Counted from the first letter of the whole stretch, positions 11,193 to 25,019 are shown. The stretch: DNA of 63,073 nt, filler included, from Pelomyxa schiedti (GCA_020536535.1; 14 parts of 14 records of this genome joined end to end with filler, not necessarily neighbours in it); one strand, 5' to 3'. The notes: generated by a model not told the origin, from the sequence alone. Numbers and translations: made by a program.

Positions 11193-14100
11193 ATGGCTTG
11201 GAGTACAGTAAAAGCGAACCAACCCAATGGACTCACGTCGTCAATGATAAATCACAGCTGCGTCTACGTAGCAACCAGGTTCTATACGTTTGGGGGTTTG
11301 TTACCTGAAGGCCCAACACAAAAGATGTTCATGGCAGATACAAGTGCGCTTTTTCCTTTTAAAAAAAAAACTGGTTTGTTGATTAACGTTGCCTATAGTC
11401 ATGACACAATTTTCACACAGTACAAATGTGCCAACTTCTAACATCCTGTGCAGCTGGGCTTGGACAATGGACAAATATCAGTGCATCTGGAATGACACCC
11501 TCTGCAAGGCACGGTCACTCCATGGGGAAGCTAGGTCCTGCTAAGGTGTGAAGTTTGATTAGGGAAATAATGTTGGGAACCTACATAATGAACCATTATT
11601 TGGCAGATTTTACTCATTGGTGGGAGTTGTGACTTAGATTGTGAGAATATTTCCAACGAAATCTGGCAGCTGAATACAGGTTACCTGCCACTTTGTTGTT
11701 TATGTGCCTCACAACAGCAGCTTTAAAATCTTGGGCAAAACCTCGACTAGCTGGGGAACAGATTCCTCCCCTTGCCTTTCATCGGTGTGGGGCTTGCTGT
11801 TCACTTCAAAAACCTAATTTCTGGCAGGTCCGTCACAGTTGGAACAAACATTTGGATCTTTGGCGGTTTGACACCTGCAGGGCCTGTCAACGATCTGTAT
11901 TGCATCAACACAAGTATGACAGCGAAGTCAAAACCATCTCACTCTCGTTCCAGATAGGATGTATTGTACTAAGGTTGTTGTTACTGGAGATATCCCTTCC
12001 CCCCGTGCTCAGCATGCACTTGTTGGGATCGGTGACAAATTGTTTGCGTTTGGTGGGTACAACGGTTCCACTCTTTTCAACGACACTTACATGTTCAACA
12101 CTGGTGTGTAGAACCAAAGTTCATTCTATGATACTAACTATATAAAGCCACAAGTGTGTGGACAAGATGCCCAGATGGAGGGTGCCCTCCTTGCCCACGT
12201 GCAAACCATGCCTGTGATGCGGTAGGAAACGTACTGTATGTCAGCGGTGGGAGAAGTGATAGTGGCATCCTTGGTGATTTGTACGGCTATGACACTGGTT
12301 CTCTCCTCATCCTGAAAGCCTTGATTCACCATTGTAGGAACAAACCAGTGGGCCTTCTATCCTGAGAGATCTGGCCCTTCACCAAGAGAAGGTCATGTGC
12401 TTGTTAACAATGGTTCCGCGGCTCTTGTTTCCATTGGAGGCCCTGAGGCTTGGATTTTATGGCAACTGAATGTTGGTATGGTTGTTGCCTTTTCTTTTTT
12501 CTTTCTCACCTATCTAGCCCAACTGGAACCAGTTGGTGAGTACAACAAGAAGAGTGATGGGTGGGCTGTCAACCATTATGCCAACGGTTCGTGGTACGAG
12601 GGCCTGTGGAGGGATGCCAAATGGAAGAGGGGATCGTGGCACCACAAGACGGACATCTATGAAGGTGAGTGGGGGTGGAATGAAACAGCAAAGGTGCATG
12701 AGATGCAGGGGTGGGGTGTACAAAGGAAGACGCAAGTAGACAGCGAACATGGGGCAACAACAACGGTGTACGAGGGTGAGTGGGACAGGGACAAGTGGCA
12801 TGGGAGTGGCACGTGGAGGTCGCCTGATGGATCGGGTGACACCTACCATGGAACGTTTGACCACGGCAAGAGGAGTGGGAATGGGAGCATGCTGTTTGGT
12901 GGTGATGGTGACAACAACCAAGTTGGAGGGAGTTACGTTGGGGAGTGGAAGGGGGACATGTTCCATGGTCGGGGTGTGAGGCTGTGGGCAAACGGTGACA
13001 GATATGAGGGCCAGTGGGTGTGTGGCAAGGAGAATGGTGAAGGAACAAAGGCATGGTCAAGGGATGGATCGTCATTCACGGGGTTGTGGGAGATGGGTGT
13101 GCCAAAGAAGGGAACAAGGAGGTGGCCAAACGGTGACATGTTTGAAGGCACCTTCACGCCACAACCTCAACAAAGTGGAAGGGGAAATGATGGTGGTTGG
13201 GCGTGCTGTGGTGAAGGAATTGCCACACTCTCAGCGTCTTCTGAGGGGAACAGCCTTCTTCCACTGAAGGGCATTCTCAACAACAACAAATTTCAACAGA
13301 AAGGTGATGACAGTGGGGGGATTCGTGCGGTCACCATTGTGATGGGCCTGAACCAGCAGAGTGAGGTGAGCTTCACTACATACCTCTTTCTTTGAACTGA
13401 TGGGGGACTCTTAGGGAATTCGCAAAGAACTGGAGGCACGATTCAAAGAGGAAATAAACTCAGCCAAGAATGTGTGGGAGGTTAGTTCTTTCCTCCTATC
13501 TTTTCCCTGTAACTTTCTCCAGGAGGAAGTTGGAAGGTTGTAAGCTGAGACCTTTGCATTGAAACTAACACTCCAACAAAGATTAAAAGAGGAAATTGCG
13601 AGGTCCAAAATGGAGTGGGAGGTGCGCTGTTACTTTTCCTCAACTTCCGCTAAACACCATTTTCATACAAAGCAAGTAACAAAAAGAAACCATCAACAGC
13701 ACGGTGATGAAATCAATCAGTTGAACCAAAAAATACAACAACAACGGGAGCAACTGGAAGGCAAAGGTTCCTCAGTTTTGATCCCAACCAATGTGGGAAC
13801 GCAAGATGATGGGGAAGGAAAAGCAGTGCTTGAACTGAACCAAGCCATGAAACTGACTACACGGTTCCAAGCCTTGCTCAAAAAATCAGCCCCAGAGTTT
13901 ATCTTGCTTCGAGAGTCACTAACCAAAATCTCCAAACTCCTTCAAGGAGCCACAAAATGCAATGAGGCACTCAGATTACATCTGCGAGACCTAAATGAGC
14001 TGAAGTACATACTCGAAAAACAACTTGATGAAACATGTGAAACAAGCAAGAGGGTACTTGGGCAGACACTGACAGTTCAGAACAGCGAGGCAGAGATTCA

Positions 14101-14982
14101 ACAGTGCTCAAGGAACATCTCTGAGTTGACAAAGAAGGTTTTGGCAAGCAAGAATCCAGCAGCAACAGAAGGAGAGAACGTTGTCATTCCCCCAACAAAA
14201 GGTGAAATGAATCCAGCCCCAATCTTTCCGAAGTATAACCTCATCCCAAAAGGGAACGAACTCTTGATAGTGACACTGAGTGAACCCTTGGTTCTGGATA
14301 AAATTTCTGAAGATTTCCACTTGGATGCAGGCAGCTTGCCACAACCTTTCCAGTGGTTGGGTTCACTCTCAGACACACTTGGTGAGCTTCAAGGGTGCAG
14401 GTTTGAAGAGTGCACAAAGCTTGCAGATCAGAACACGATGCTGTCAAAGGAACTCTCTGAGCAGATCACGGTGGGCCTCAACCTCCACAAGGAAATTGAG
14501 GAGATCAAGGGAGTGTGCACCATGATGACACAGGAACACAAAACCAAGTGGATGTTGAGGCGTGGGCTGGAAGGTGATGAGCAGTTCATTGCGTTGCCTG
14601 CTGTGTGGTCAATGCTCTCTGAGTTGCTCCCTCAGGCTCAACAGGCTGTCATGGACCTCATGGTATCCAAAGCCGCCTCCATGGCTGCCGTTGTGTCCAC
14701 CCCCTCCATGATAGTTACCACAAGCACACTTCCTGGGTGCACCACCGCAGGTGTGACTGCAGCACCCACCACCATTGTGAACAAACTGTGCATAGAGTGT
14801 GACGAGAATACAGCCAATGTTCAATTCCAGCCCTGTGGTCACATTGTCCTGTGCTCTCAGGTAGTTTTCATGATGTTGTTTTATCTTTCACCATTCCACA
14901 CACAAACACGCAGTGTGCTGCAGTTGGAATGAGGAAGTGCCTTGTCTGCCGCACCCCAATTCATCAAAAGAACCTTCTTTGA
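11193..14982 (+). CDS. Kelch-repeat + MORN + coiled-coil + RING (C3HC4-type) protein, multi-exon
   Basis: Kelch motifs (NHSCVYVATRFYTFGG, PSARHGHS, IWIFGG, PRANHAC..LYVSGG); MORN block ~12530-13300; coiled coil; RING CIEC..QPCGHIVLCSQ|CAAVGMRKCLVCRTP with stop at 14980-14982. Confidence 0.85.
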
Positions 14983-15054
14983 AAATCGGGAAACTGTGCG
15001 ACGTGATCCACTTTCGAACGGTGACTCCCCATTTTAAAATGCCAAGTCCTGGAT

Positions 15055-15370
15055 TCAGGTGTATGAGTTGAAGCACTTGATGATGGGGAACATGTAAATG
15101 GGTGCCATGATGAATGTGGCTGCCGTAACGATCCCGGGAACACCCGCGGACACAACGTACCTCCTGCGTGTCGTGACAACAAGCGCAAGGAAAGACACGC
15201 ACGCCAGGGCAACAACAATCACAACGAGGAACACAACCTCGGACCACTTGCGGTCCTGCGTCGGGAACCCTGTGAGCAGCAGGATGGACCCGCTGCAGCA
15301 CAGTGCAACCCAACCGCCCGCAAACAGCCCTTTGGTTGTGCTGCTGTGCGATTTGGAATGCGTTATCTGT
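15055..15370 (-). CDS. C-terminal part of a multi-pass membrane protein
   Basis: Manual translation STTKGLFAGGWVALCCSGSILLLTG..VVFLVVIVVALACVSFLALVV..GIVTAATFIMAPIYMFPII..* gives three hydrophobic segments. Confidence 0.45.
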
Positions 15371-15789
15371 GAGTTGAATAAGAAAATTGTGTNNNNNNNN
15401 NNNNNNNNNNNNNNNNNNNNNNNNNNNNNNNNNNNNTTAATTAATTAANNNNNNNNNNNNNNNNNNNNNNNNNNNNNNNNNNNNNNNNNNNNTACTAGGG
15501 GCTGTGCGCTCATCGTCAACGGCGGCTGGTTTGTTTTCTAAATTCGTTTGTTTCTTTGGGAAAACTCGCTGTGAACGCTTCTGGGAAGAGCAGTTGGGGG
15601 ACAGAGCTCTGGAGTCCCCCATTAGAGTGGTATGGTATGTTAAAAAAGAAAAAGCCTGAGGAAATCAGTGTGTCCCGGGTCTTGGGGTTTTTCTGGAACG
15701 TCGACTGCCGCTTTTGCTTCCCGATTTCTCCATCTCATCACGGCCGTTCAAACAAATAAACTAAACACAACAAGGCACACGTGCGGGGG

Positions 15790-18234
15790 ATGGCGTCAGT
15801 GGAGGTTCCTCTTCTGGTTAACAGGGCCGATGACGACGTATCGTCGGACGACGGTACTCGACAGCCAAGTAATGCCACTGCAAGTTCCATTGAGGAGGTT
15901 TTTTTTTTTTTTGTTTTGGTTTGTGCTTACACCTTTTTTTTTTTTTAAGGAGACAGCGGCACCTGTGAGATACCAGTCAAAGGGGAAGAGATTTTTGAAT
16001 TACCTTAAAAACGCTGATTGGGACCGTTACTTGGCTTATCACGCCAATAAGATAGGTTTGTTTCTTTCCTTCTTTTTCCTCCTTTTCTCAGCTTAGGTAG
16101 TGAAAATTAAGGACTGGCGTCTGGCAGTGCTGGATTACAGTCTCGTTGGCGTAGTCCTATTCATTGTGTTCTATGTCTTCCTCTATACAAAGGAAGCATA
16201 TAAGGCCACTGACAGTGGCCAAGGTGCTCTGAAAATCAGCATTGTGGATGTACTCATTCTCTTCATCCCTTTCTCTGGAGTTCCTCACTCAATTTAGCCG
16301 GGCAATATCCCTGCCACAGCTCCCTATTGCAGTAGCAATTGTCATACTTTTTCTGGTCACTTACCAACCGTCTATCCTTGCAATTAACATATTTGAATTT
16401 AAAAGGAACTGAGCCTGGGTGTGAATGCATTTTCTTGGATGAAAATGATGTTGTGTATCCCGAAAGTGAGGAATATTCAACATTTATTACCACCAAATTT
16501 TCTCGACATATTCAGCAAACAAAGAAAGATTTCTGTAATGGTTGGTTCATGCATACTCTTCAAAAATTCACTCAAATTTCAGATAGTGTTTGCACATCAC
16601 CATGGACGGAAGGAGCCCAAGACTCCTATTATGTTCTGAATCCTGACGAATTTATAGTAAAAATACCTTTTCAGTGTAATGCATAAACCCCTTCTGGTAG
16701 ATACAAACATTCCATGTATCCTTGGCTCCCAAATTTTTGTCAGAAGATGTGTTAGATCATAATGGACAACTTCCAAGTGCTCATACGTACAACTCCAAAT
16801 ATATGTCAAGCTCTTTTCAATTGTGGGGTCATGTACTCGATTCCACTGGTTTTACCAGCTACATCACTGAAATAACTCAAGTAATGGCACAATAGGCGAA
16901 CCTATACTACTACTGCCTCCCAGGAAATCTGATCAGATCCCACTAAAAGTTTATCTCCAGGAATGCAGTTTTGTACTTTTTCATTCATGACTTCAAAATA
17001 GGCAGCGGGATTGACACTAGAAGATGTACAAGAAACTGGTACATTACTCCGTGCTGTAATTGTATATGGGGATTGCAAAGATATGGCACCAAATGACGAA
17101 CGTGAGTGTCAGTAACTCATCTTATTGCATGACAATAATTAGAGTCCAAGGCATATTGTGCCAATGCAACCTCAGACACAAATTACTATCAATATCAAGT
17201 AACCCTGGGGCAGCCACAATATTGGGTTGAGCAGACCTTTTATAGGTTTTACATGCAGTTTGACTAATGTAACACACTAATACCTACTTAAAGTCTGGAT
17301 TACACTGAGCGAACTGTTAAAAATGGAACAGGTTGACACAACAACAAAAACAAAAAAAGCATCCTCACAATAAAAGGAGTTAGAGTTGTATTTTCGATCA
17401 CTGGAGTCTACTCAAAATTCTCCTTCAATGCAATGATGACCACTCTCGTCTCTATATATATGTTCTTTAGGTACCAACTTCCCTTCCTCTTGCCTGTCTC
17501 ACATAAGTAGTTTTGTTACCTATACAGTAGACTTTGTGTTGCTTTTCTTATTGCCTGATCGCAAACTATATGGCCTCTCCAAGTATCTACATGTCTTGAT
17601 GAGGTCAAAGCAATTTAAACTTGGGTAGATATGAAGTGACTGATAACTTTTCTGAACTGCATGCTTCTGAGGTCGCTAAATCTGGCCTAAAAGTTCAGCT
17701 AGAACAAGCTCGGAAGGTTGCCCTCTACAAGCAAACTAGCGATGTCACTGCTCTACTTAATGATATGAAGGTACTCTAACTTTTTCCTGTACCACCAGTT
17801 ACCAGGGTATTAGGCTGTTGTGTCCCCGGATCACCTGGACCAACTGGCATTAGCTTGTATGGATATATTTGTCCAAATTAAAAACGATTACCCATCAGCG
17901 GAGCAGTGCTTTGAGCAGTTTATCTTAGGTGATCACAGTAAATGCATGGCAAACGTATCTTCTGTATTGTACTATATTTTTGGTAAGAAAGAGAAAAAGA
18001 TTCTGCTCAACCACCTTCGTGAAGCATATTTAGTGGCAATTAATGCCAATTCCCTTGAGGACGTCTATATGGTGCATTTGTTCCCTCTTGTTTTGTTGAT
18101 AACAATGTTCCTGCCAGGTTTTGGATGCAGCAAAAAAAGCTGGTAATACAAGTGTTGAAGCTTTATGTGAAAAATTTTTGGGTACTTGCACCTTGTTTAT
18201 GATATCCCGTTTACACCACACAGGCAGTGAGTGA
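15790..18234 (+). CDS. P2X-like ATP-gated channel with a C-terminal helical extension, multi-exon
   Basis: YHANKIVKIKDWRLAVLDYSLVGVVLFIVFYVFLYTKEAY (P2X pre-TM1 YxxxK and TM1); Cys-containing ectodomain; GVRVVFSITGVYSKFSFNAMMTTLVS (G.R.....G...KF and TM2); FLLPDRKLYGLSKY. Confidence 0.8.
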
Positions 18235-20099
18235 CAATGTATCAATACAGCAGCCTTGCATAAACCAAATAGAACCAGAACAAAAAAGAACAAATCGTCC
18301 CTAGTTTGTTGTTGCGTTTTTCCAAGGGATCCTTTGTGACGATCTGGCTGAATAAAAAAAACACCAGACCACCGATCCTGAGCGGCATAACGAAAATGAC
18401 AGCGTTCCGGTCCGTTGATTACGTTTTCTTCCGCCATCTGCTCCAACTGAAGGAGAAAAATGCGAGTTTCTCTGTGCCCTGTGGAGGGAAAAATCTGGGT
18501 GCTGGGCTGCAACCTGGGCCAAAAAACAGCCAATGATATCCCCCTGGTTTGGTTGTGTCTGCTGCAAGGGAGAAATGAATTTTTTACTTGAAAAAAAAAG
18601 AAAAAAGGTTGGGTTTTTTTCTTGGAAAATGAGGTTGTGGGGGAAGCACAACAGCCTAGTTTGATTGGCAATAAGGTGTAGACTGGTGCCAGCTATGACA
18701 TGTGGCATTTGATGTGGTATTTTGGGTCAAAAACAAGTGAGTGACTGCTCTTGGGTCACAGTCCACTTGTTCTTGTAAATACAACATTAGTTTTCACCAA
18801 GGAGATGTTTTTTCTTGATTCTTTGGGTGGTAGGGGACATCAGGAACAACAAGTTTTTTTTTTCTTTGTGCAAACAATGTCTTGGTGTTTGCTTGTTGAA
18901 ATATAACAAAACCAACCTTGTTTCAACCAGCCAACCACAACACCACAACAGAGGTTTTCTAAGAAAAAAAACCCTGAGTGTGGCACCCTGGACAACTTTT
19001 CTTTTGACTCTACACTAAAGAAAAAGGCCCCATGTGGTCCGGAGCCAAGGTTTTAACACTTTCGGGGTTGTTTTGTGCTGTGGCAGTCTCCTTGGGAATG
19101 GGTGCCACTTGTGAAGCTGAAGGTCTGTGTTTGTGTGGCTGTTGTGGAGGAACAAGGTTGTGTTTGCTTTTCTTTGATAGAAGCCACCACTGTTTTTGTT
19201 TCCATGTTTCCAGCCCAGTCAGAGATGGCTTTCCTTTGTGCATTTGCAGATGACTTCTCAGATGACTAGGCCAAAGACAGAGTGGGAGAAATCCAGCAAG
19301 ATTAGCTGTTGAATCATCAAGTTTGGATCTGAAAGCCATTTCTCTAATGAGGCAACAGTAAACTGTTTCATCTGTTCTGTGGATCTCCAGTTGTAGTAGA
19401 TGTACTGGAGAAAGGGAGCCAATGCTTCCCAGTGTTTTCCACCTTGTGAGAACAGGTTGGTGTACCTCAGGGATCTATCAATGTGAGTCCAGGTGTCTTA
19501 GCATGAAGGTAACTTTACCTCAATTTTGTTTTCTTTACAAAACTCAGTAAAAGAAACTTTCCAGACCTGGAACCAAGTGAATGGTGACAGCACAAAAAAG
19601 AGACAAAAGCTTTGGTGGAGGAGGATTTGGGGTGTCAAAGGTGTTGAAATGTGGAGCCAATGTCATATTTTAGGATAATGGTGAATGTGGATGTGTGTTA
19701 GACCTCAACACAAGCTACCACAACAGTTTGCCCACAATCAAACAGGTTTTTTTTAATCAATTTAGGAGAATGATACAATCTGGGTGCCAGAAAATTGTAC
19801 TTTTTTTTCCGGCACCCGTCCAGTTACCACCACTTTTTGGGTTTCCTCAGTCCCAGTGCCTCCTTTTTCGCTGGGAACCAAGGGAAACACTGCTCACAGC
19901 TGTGTACTACCTTCTCCCCCTGGTTCGACACGATTTTGACACCATCCGGACCAGATCCAGAATTTTCTTGTGTTTTTTGGGTAGAGTTGGTTTGACCCCC
20001 AAATATTGTGAGAAACGACCAAGTGTAGATCAGAAGTTTTATTTTATTTACTTCAGAAGAAGCCGAATTGGGGCTCTTCCAGAAGGGACAGACAGGCTT

Positions 20100-23000
20100 T
20101 TAGAAGAGAGCAGCCAAGAGGGCAGCAACCATCAAGGTAGCACCCACAATAACTGAGGAACCAGCGCAGTAGAATGCGTAGCCTGACTCGCCTGTGCCAG
20201 CGTTGCACAGCTTGTCGGTGTAGAGGACCTCAGTTGTGGCGCAGACGCCGCAGCCGTCATCGCAGTCGGAGCTGATGTAAATCTCGCCGGAGTCGTGGTC
20301 GCAGTCGACTTGCCAGCCGTAGTCGAAGACAAGGTCGTCCCACCAGCACCCTGTCATGAAGATTCCAACTCCGGTTGTGTACTCTGGGGCACAGTCGCTA
20401 TCGGCGAAGGTAATCTCGTAAACTCTGAGGAGAAGTTGGGGAAAAACCAGGCCAACTAGTGAGAGATACACACCCTCCCTTGGCATAGGCCTCCAGCTCA
20501 TCCTGGCCAATGCATGTCTCGTTGTACCAGGTCTTAAGGATGGTGTCTTGGGTTTGTTCAACACATGTTCCCTCCTCAGTGGCTCCGCAGAATCGGGTGT
20601 AGTATCCCTCAGACTCGATTGGTGAGACTTCAGTGCATCCTGATTAACGACAGTGGGTACAAGCTAAACCCGATTAGAGAACTGACCTGACTCGCTGTCT
20701 AGGTAGGACTCTGTCCACCAAACAGAGTTAGTTGTCATGTCTCCGCAATTCATCGTAAAGGTGTAGGTTTCGCCAGTGACTAAGAAGTCGTCCATGGAGG
20801 TAGACCAAAGGTCGAAGCAAGTATCACCAGCACTCGCGTCGTAGGCGTCCACAAAAGTGGCCCCACTACAGATTGAACCGGTGTAACTCCAGGGTTTGGC
20901 GTCTCTGTCAACACAGTCCTCGAAGTACCCAGAGCCAGTGTAGCAGCCGTATCCCTAAAAACTGTGTCATCAACCAAGACTTGGAAAAGCAACACGAACC
21001 ATGATGGTTCCCTCCCGTGGATAGCAGTAGCCCCAGTAGGCGTAGTCTCCATTGGTTACACACTCTACAGTTGCGGCCATTTTCATCACAGAGTCGCCGG
21101 AGCAATCGGTTGAAGTAAACATGGTAACCTCCATGGGACTAATTACCATTAGTAGGAGTAAAAGTTTTTGAATCTTACGCAGAGGTGAATCCCACATCGG
21201 TAGACCAGACAGGTTCGTCAGCGAAGCACCTCCAAGTCTGCCAGGTTGGAGTGTTGTAAGTGCTTCCAGGGTATTCATAGCAATAAGAAACATTGGAGTA
21301 GACAGCTTGGAGAATTTCGGTTGCTACACCAGAATTAGCCAAAAAGGAAAATTAGGAAGAGGGTGAAACCAGTGTCATCACTCCAAAGAGTCCAGACTTG
21401 GAACTGTGGATTCGCAGGTACACACTCGAGGAAGTAGTACCCAGACCCGTAAGTGCTGCTGTACGGTTCGAAACAGTAAGGGGAGCTGGCAGAGCCCCAA
21501 TTATCAAGTACAGTCTGTCTGTAAGTGGGGGTACCGGTGCATGGGGTTGTGGAGTATTGCGCCATCTGAGAGAGGTGAGTGGTTTGAAGACAAGGGGATT
21601 TGTACCTCCAGACTTGCATCATTATATCCATTGAAAGAGCAGATGTAGCCCAGACCGGTGATTCCGGTCACGCTAGAGGCGACGCACATATCAACGGGAA
21701 GATAGACGTCAGTAGACACGGAGCTAGTCGAGCAAGCACTGTCAGTGTACCAGGTAGCCACAATCGCGCTACACTCATTTAGTAGGAAAAATAACACATG
21801 GAGCTAGTACTTATCCCAGCGATCATAAGGAGTGGCAGCTGAGAGGGTAACATTGCAGATATACTTGATAGAGGCGTCCAGATCGTCGCTGTAGTATTCG
21901 TCTAAGTAGCAGGTTTCGCTCCACTCAATGGAGTACATAAACACTTTTGAATCATCTGGAATGGTTAGTGTTAATCCAGCTGGGAAAAGCAGTACCGAAT
22001 GTGGGGGAGGACGACGCAAGGATAATCTGGTACGCTGGGTTGGGTGGGCGGCAAGCAAGGTCGAAAGAGTCATAATAATTGGTGTACCAGCAATCCTCAG
22101 CAGTAGATTCAGAACTGGAGGATATAATGGTATACGTGTAAGGAGTGTCATCTGCACAGCCAACACCGTCGTTCAGGTCGTACTAGAGAACTCAGAGCAG
22201 GAAATATCTTCAAAGAGCATACCTTAAGTGCAACCGATGAATCTGTGGTAGCGCAGTAAACAAGGTATGACTCCGTCAGGGCGCCGTGGTCGACACAATC
22301 CCGTGGGTAGGAAGATACAGTTTGGAGGGAAGCAGCTTCGCAGGTAGTGGAATCATCGTAGTAGTACACAACAAAAGCGCTAAGGGGGATGAGTTTCGCG
22401 TAAGATAAGTGGAAGAACTCACTCATCCCAGTCATCATAGGGAGTGGGTTCTGTAGCAACGCAAGACCAGCTTTCTGTGAAGTGGGTATCGTAATAATGC
22501 CACCCAAGTACACCCCTTGCAGAGCACTGATCGAGGTATTCCACTTGAACTTCAATCAACTTGGAGTCATCAGTGGCTACCAGGGGTTAGGAAAGTTACA
22601 CAATCATCGATGCCAAACCTGCATCATCGGCGTAGTACTTGATAACTTGGTATCCGCTCCCAGTTCCACAGTAAAGCTTGTAGTAGGTGCTATACCCGTA
22701 CCAGTCATCATAGCAATAGTCGGTGTAGCTGTAGCTAGAGTAGATTTCTCCATCGTAATTGTCCTCGTACGTGTCGCCGAAGCAGTCGGAAGAGCTTGAG
22801 CTGTAATACAAGCTGATTTCGGAATCCTCCGCGTCGGTATTATCGCAAGACCAGACATAACTGGCAGTCACCCCAGTTCTGGAGTCACCAACACACAGGG
22901 GGTTAAAGGCCTCCCAATACTTTGCCTCGTTCCCGGTTGTGCAAGCGCTGTCTGTGTACTTCACAGCATAGAAGGGTGAACCTCCAAAGTAAGTAGTGGG

Positions 23001-23140
23001 GTCGCCAGCTGTCGCACTGCAAGTCCAGCTCTCGAAGAAGTGCTCGCCTGTCTGAGTGAGCTCCGCACAGAATTCAGTCCAGTAGGACTGGGCATAGGTC
23101 ATTTTGGAATCATCAGATGCGTCGGCCGCAGCGAAGTATT
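20100..23140 (-). CDS. Cys/Tyr/Ser/Asp-rich repetitive cell-surface protein, probably GPI-anchored, multi-exon, 5'-truncated
   Basis: Repeated Y.D..C..... modules (YTDSACT, YDDSTTC, FADSDC, FTSTDC); C-terminal hydrophobic tail AGSSVIVGATLMVAALLAALF*. Confidence 0.7.
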
Positions 23141-23242
23141 NNNNNNNNNNNNNNNNNNNNNNNNNNNNNNNNNNNNNNNNNNNNTTAATTAATTAANNNN
23201 NNNNNNNNNNNNNNNNNNNNNNNNNNNNNNNNNNNNNNNNTT

Positions 23243-23419
23243 GGCATGCTTCTTGATGCTGATGCAGGGACACTGACAGTTTACAAGGATGGGGTGTTGG
23301 TGGGTGTTCCATTCACCAACGTGAGGGGTTCACAGCTCACTCCTGCTTTTGCTGTGTGTCATTGTAACCCATCCCTCAAAGTCAACTTCACTGTGACCAG
23401 GCCTCTCAATATTTCCTGA
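23243..23419 (+). CDS. C-terminal SPRY/B30.2 domain fragment
   Basis: GMLLDADAGTLTVYKDGVLVGVPFTNVRGSQLTPAFAVC..KVNF* is a typical SPRY end. Confidence 0.75.
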   Translation, partial: GMLLDADAGTLTVYKDGVLVGVPFTNVRGSQLTPAFAVCHCNPSLKVNFTVTRPLNIS

Positions 23420-25019
23420 TTCTTTGGGTCGTTTGGACAAACGTGGACAGCGCACTCAGGTGCATTTGGTGGACTGAACTCGAAATCTGTTTGTGCAATT
23501 GATTGTTCGAGATGACAATGCGGGTGGGAGGCATTCAACAACACATAAACAAAGAGACAACACACCTTCCCACAATGGACTCCAAACATTACGCCCAAGG
23601 GCCCTAACAAAAACGAAATGTCCAAATTCAACCTGCCACCAAACCAGCTTACTAAGAATTTGTCACCGTCGCCAGTCTAAAACCTCCAAGATCATAAAAA
23701 CACAAAAAAAGTGTACCGCAGATCCAACATCGCAGGTGCCGGATCTCCGACACATAGATCCCTCTGTTCGTTTGTTTCTTTGTTCGTCGAGCATAACCAC
23801 ACTAAACACAAACAAGGCACACAGTACCCACTGCTTGTCCACTAATACTGTTCTCTGTTTTACATATACACACAGACAAACTCTTTTTCTCTGGTCTCGA
23901 TTTTGATGCTTGCTGTTGGATCGATCTCTGACGCTTTGGATTTGATGATATACTAGCTGAAGCTGAATTTGGCAAATGCAACAACAACCCAACGACGCAA
24001 ATGGCAAGTTCAACCTTCATTCCCGCAAGGGGGACAGTTTGTCCTCAAGGGCAAGAAAGAGAAGGCAGCTTTGGCGTGACAAATGCACCCTAACTCCAAA
24101 AATTTCCCAATTTACGCGTCAAATCGGAACCAAAGTGAGCCTCCAAATTGCTTAACTAGTGCACACTTTGGACAAAGTGGAGGGATTTCAAAGTGGCACC
24201 GCTTTGAGCATTCTCAAATAGGGCACAAATTGGGGATTTTCCCAGGTTGCCTACAAATTGGAAGACATAATTTATTTTTTTTTTTCCCCTTACACCTGCG
24301 TGGTTGCGTGGTTGCTAGCTGGTGGTCCAGTAACAGAGAGGCTGTCACAGTTGTACTCTACAAAATAATTAAAATAAAATAAGATATGCGGAAAGAACAA
24401 ACCTGCAGGCAGACTCTCTTGCTCTTTGGCAAAGGTGCTTACATCAAATAATTGTAATGCGAACCTGTGTGGATGTTAGAAGCAGAAAGCCAATAAAAAG
24501 GACAAACCAAGTTTGCTGCCAACTAGCGGAAGTCTGGAACATAACAGCAGCTTGTCAATCTGTGCCTTGGTTAGCTGNNNNNNNNNNNNNNNNNNNNNNN
24601 NNNNNNNNNNNNNNNNNNNNNTTAATTAATTAANNNNNNNNNNNNNNNNNNNNNNNNNNNNNNNNNNNNNNNNNNNNCCGCCCCCGCCTCTCCCTCTCCC
24701 CCTCCCCGCTGCTGCTCCTCCTCCTACTCTCGCTGCCGCCTCCCCCTTCTTGCTCCCCGCGGCCCGCGGGGCGCCTCGGCCGTTGCCCCCGCGTCGCCCA
24801 CCTTGTGGGTGGGTGGTGTTGTTGTTGGCTCTGGGGTTCTTTTTCTTCTTGGGTTTCGTGGCTGCGTCGAACGCGGAGCTCAGCAGCGGGGGAGGCGGCG
24901 CCGCTGACCTGTGGGACCTCGTGTCCCCTGTCGGCCGGCTGCTCGTCCTCGCCATGTACGGCGGATACGCCGATGAGGACGCCATCACTACAAGATCGCA
25001 AAAAATCTAGGAAACACAA

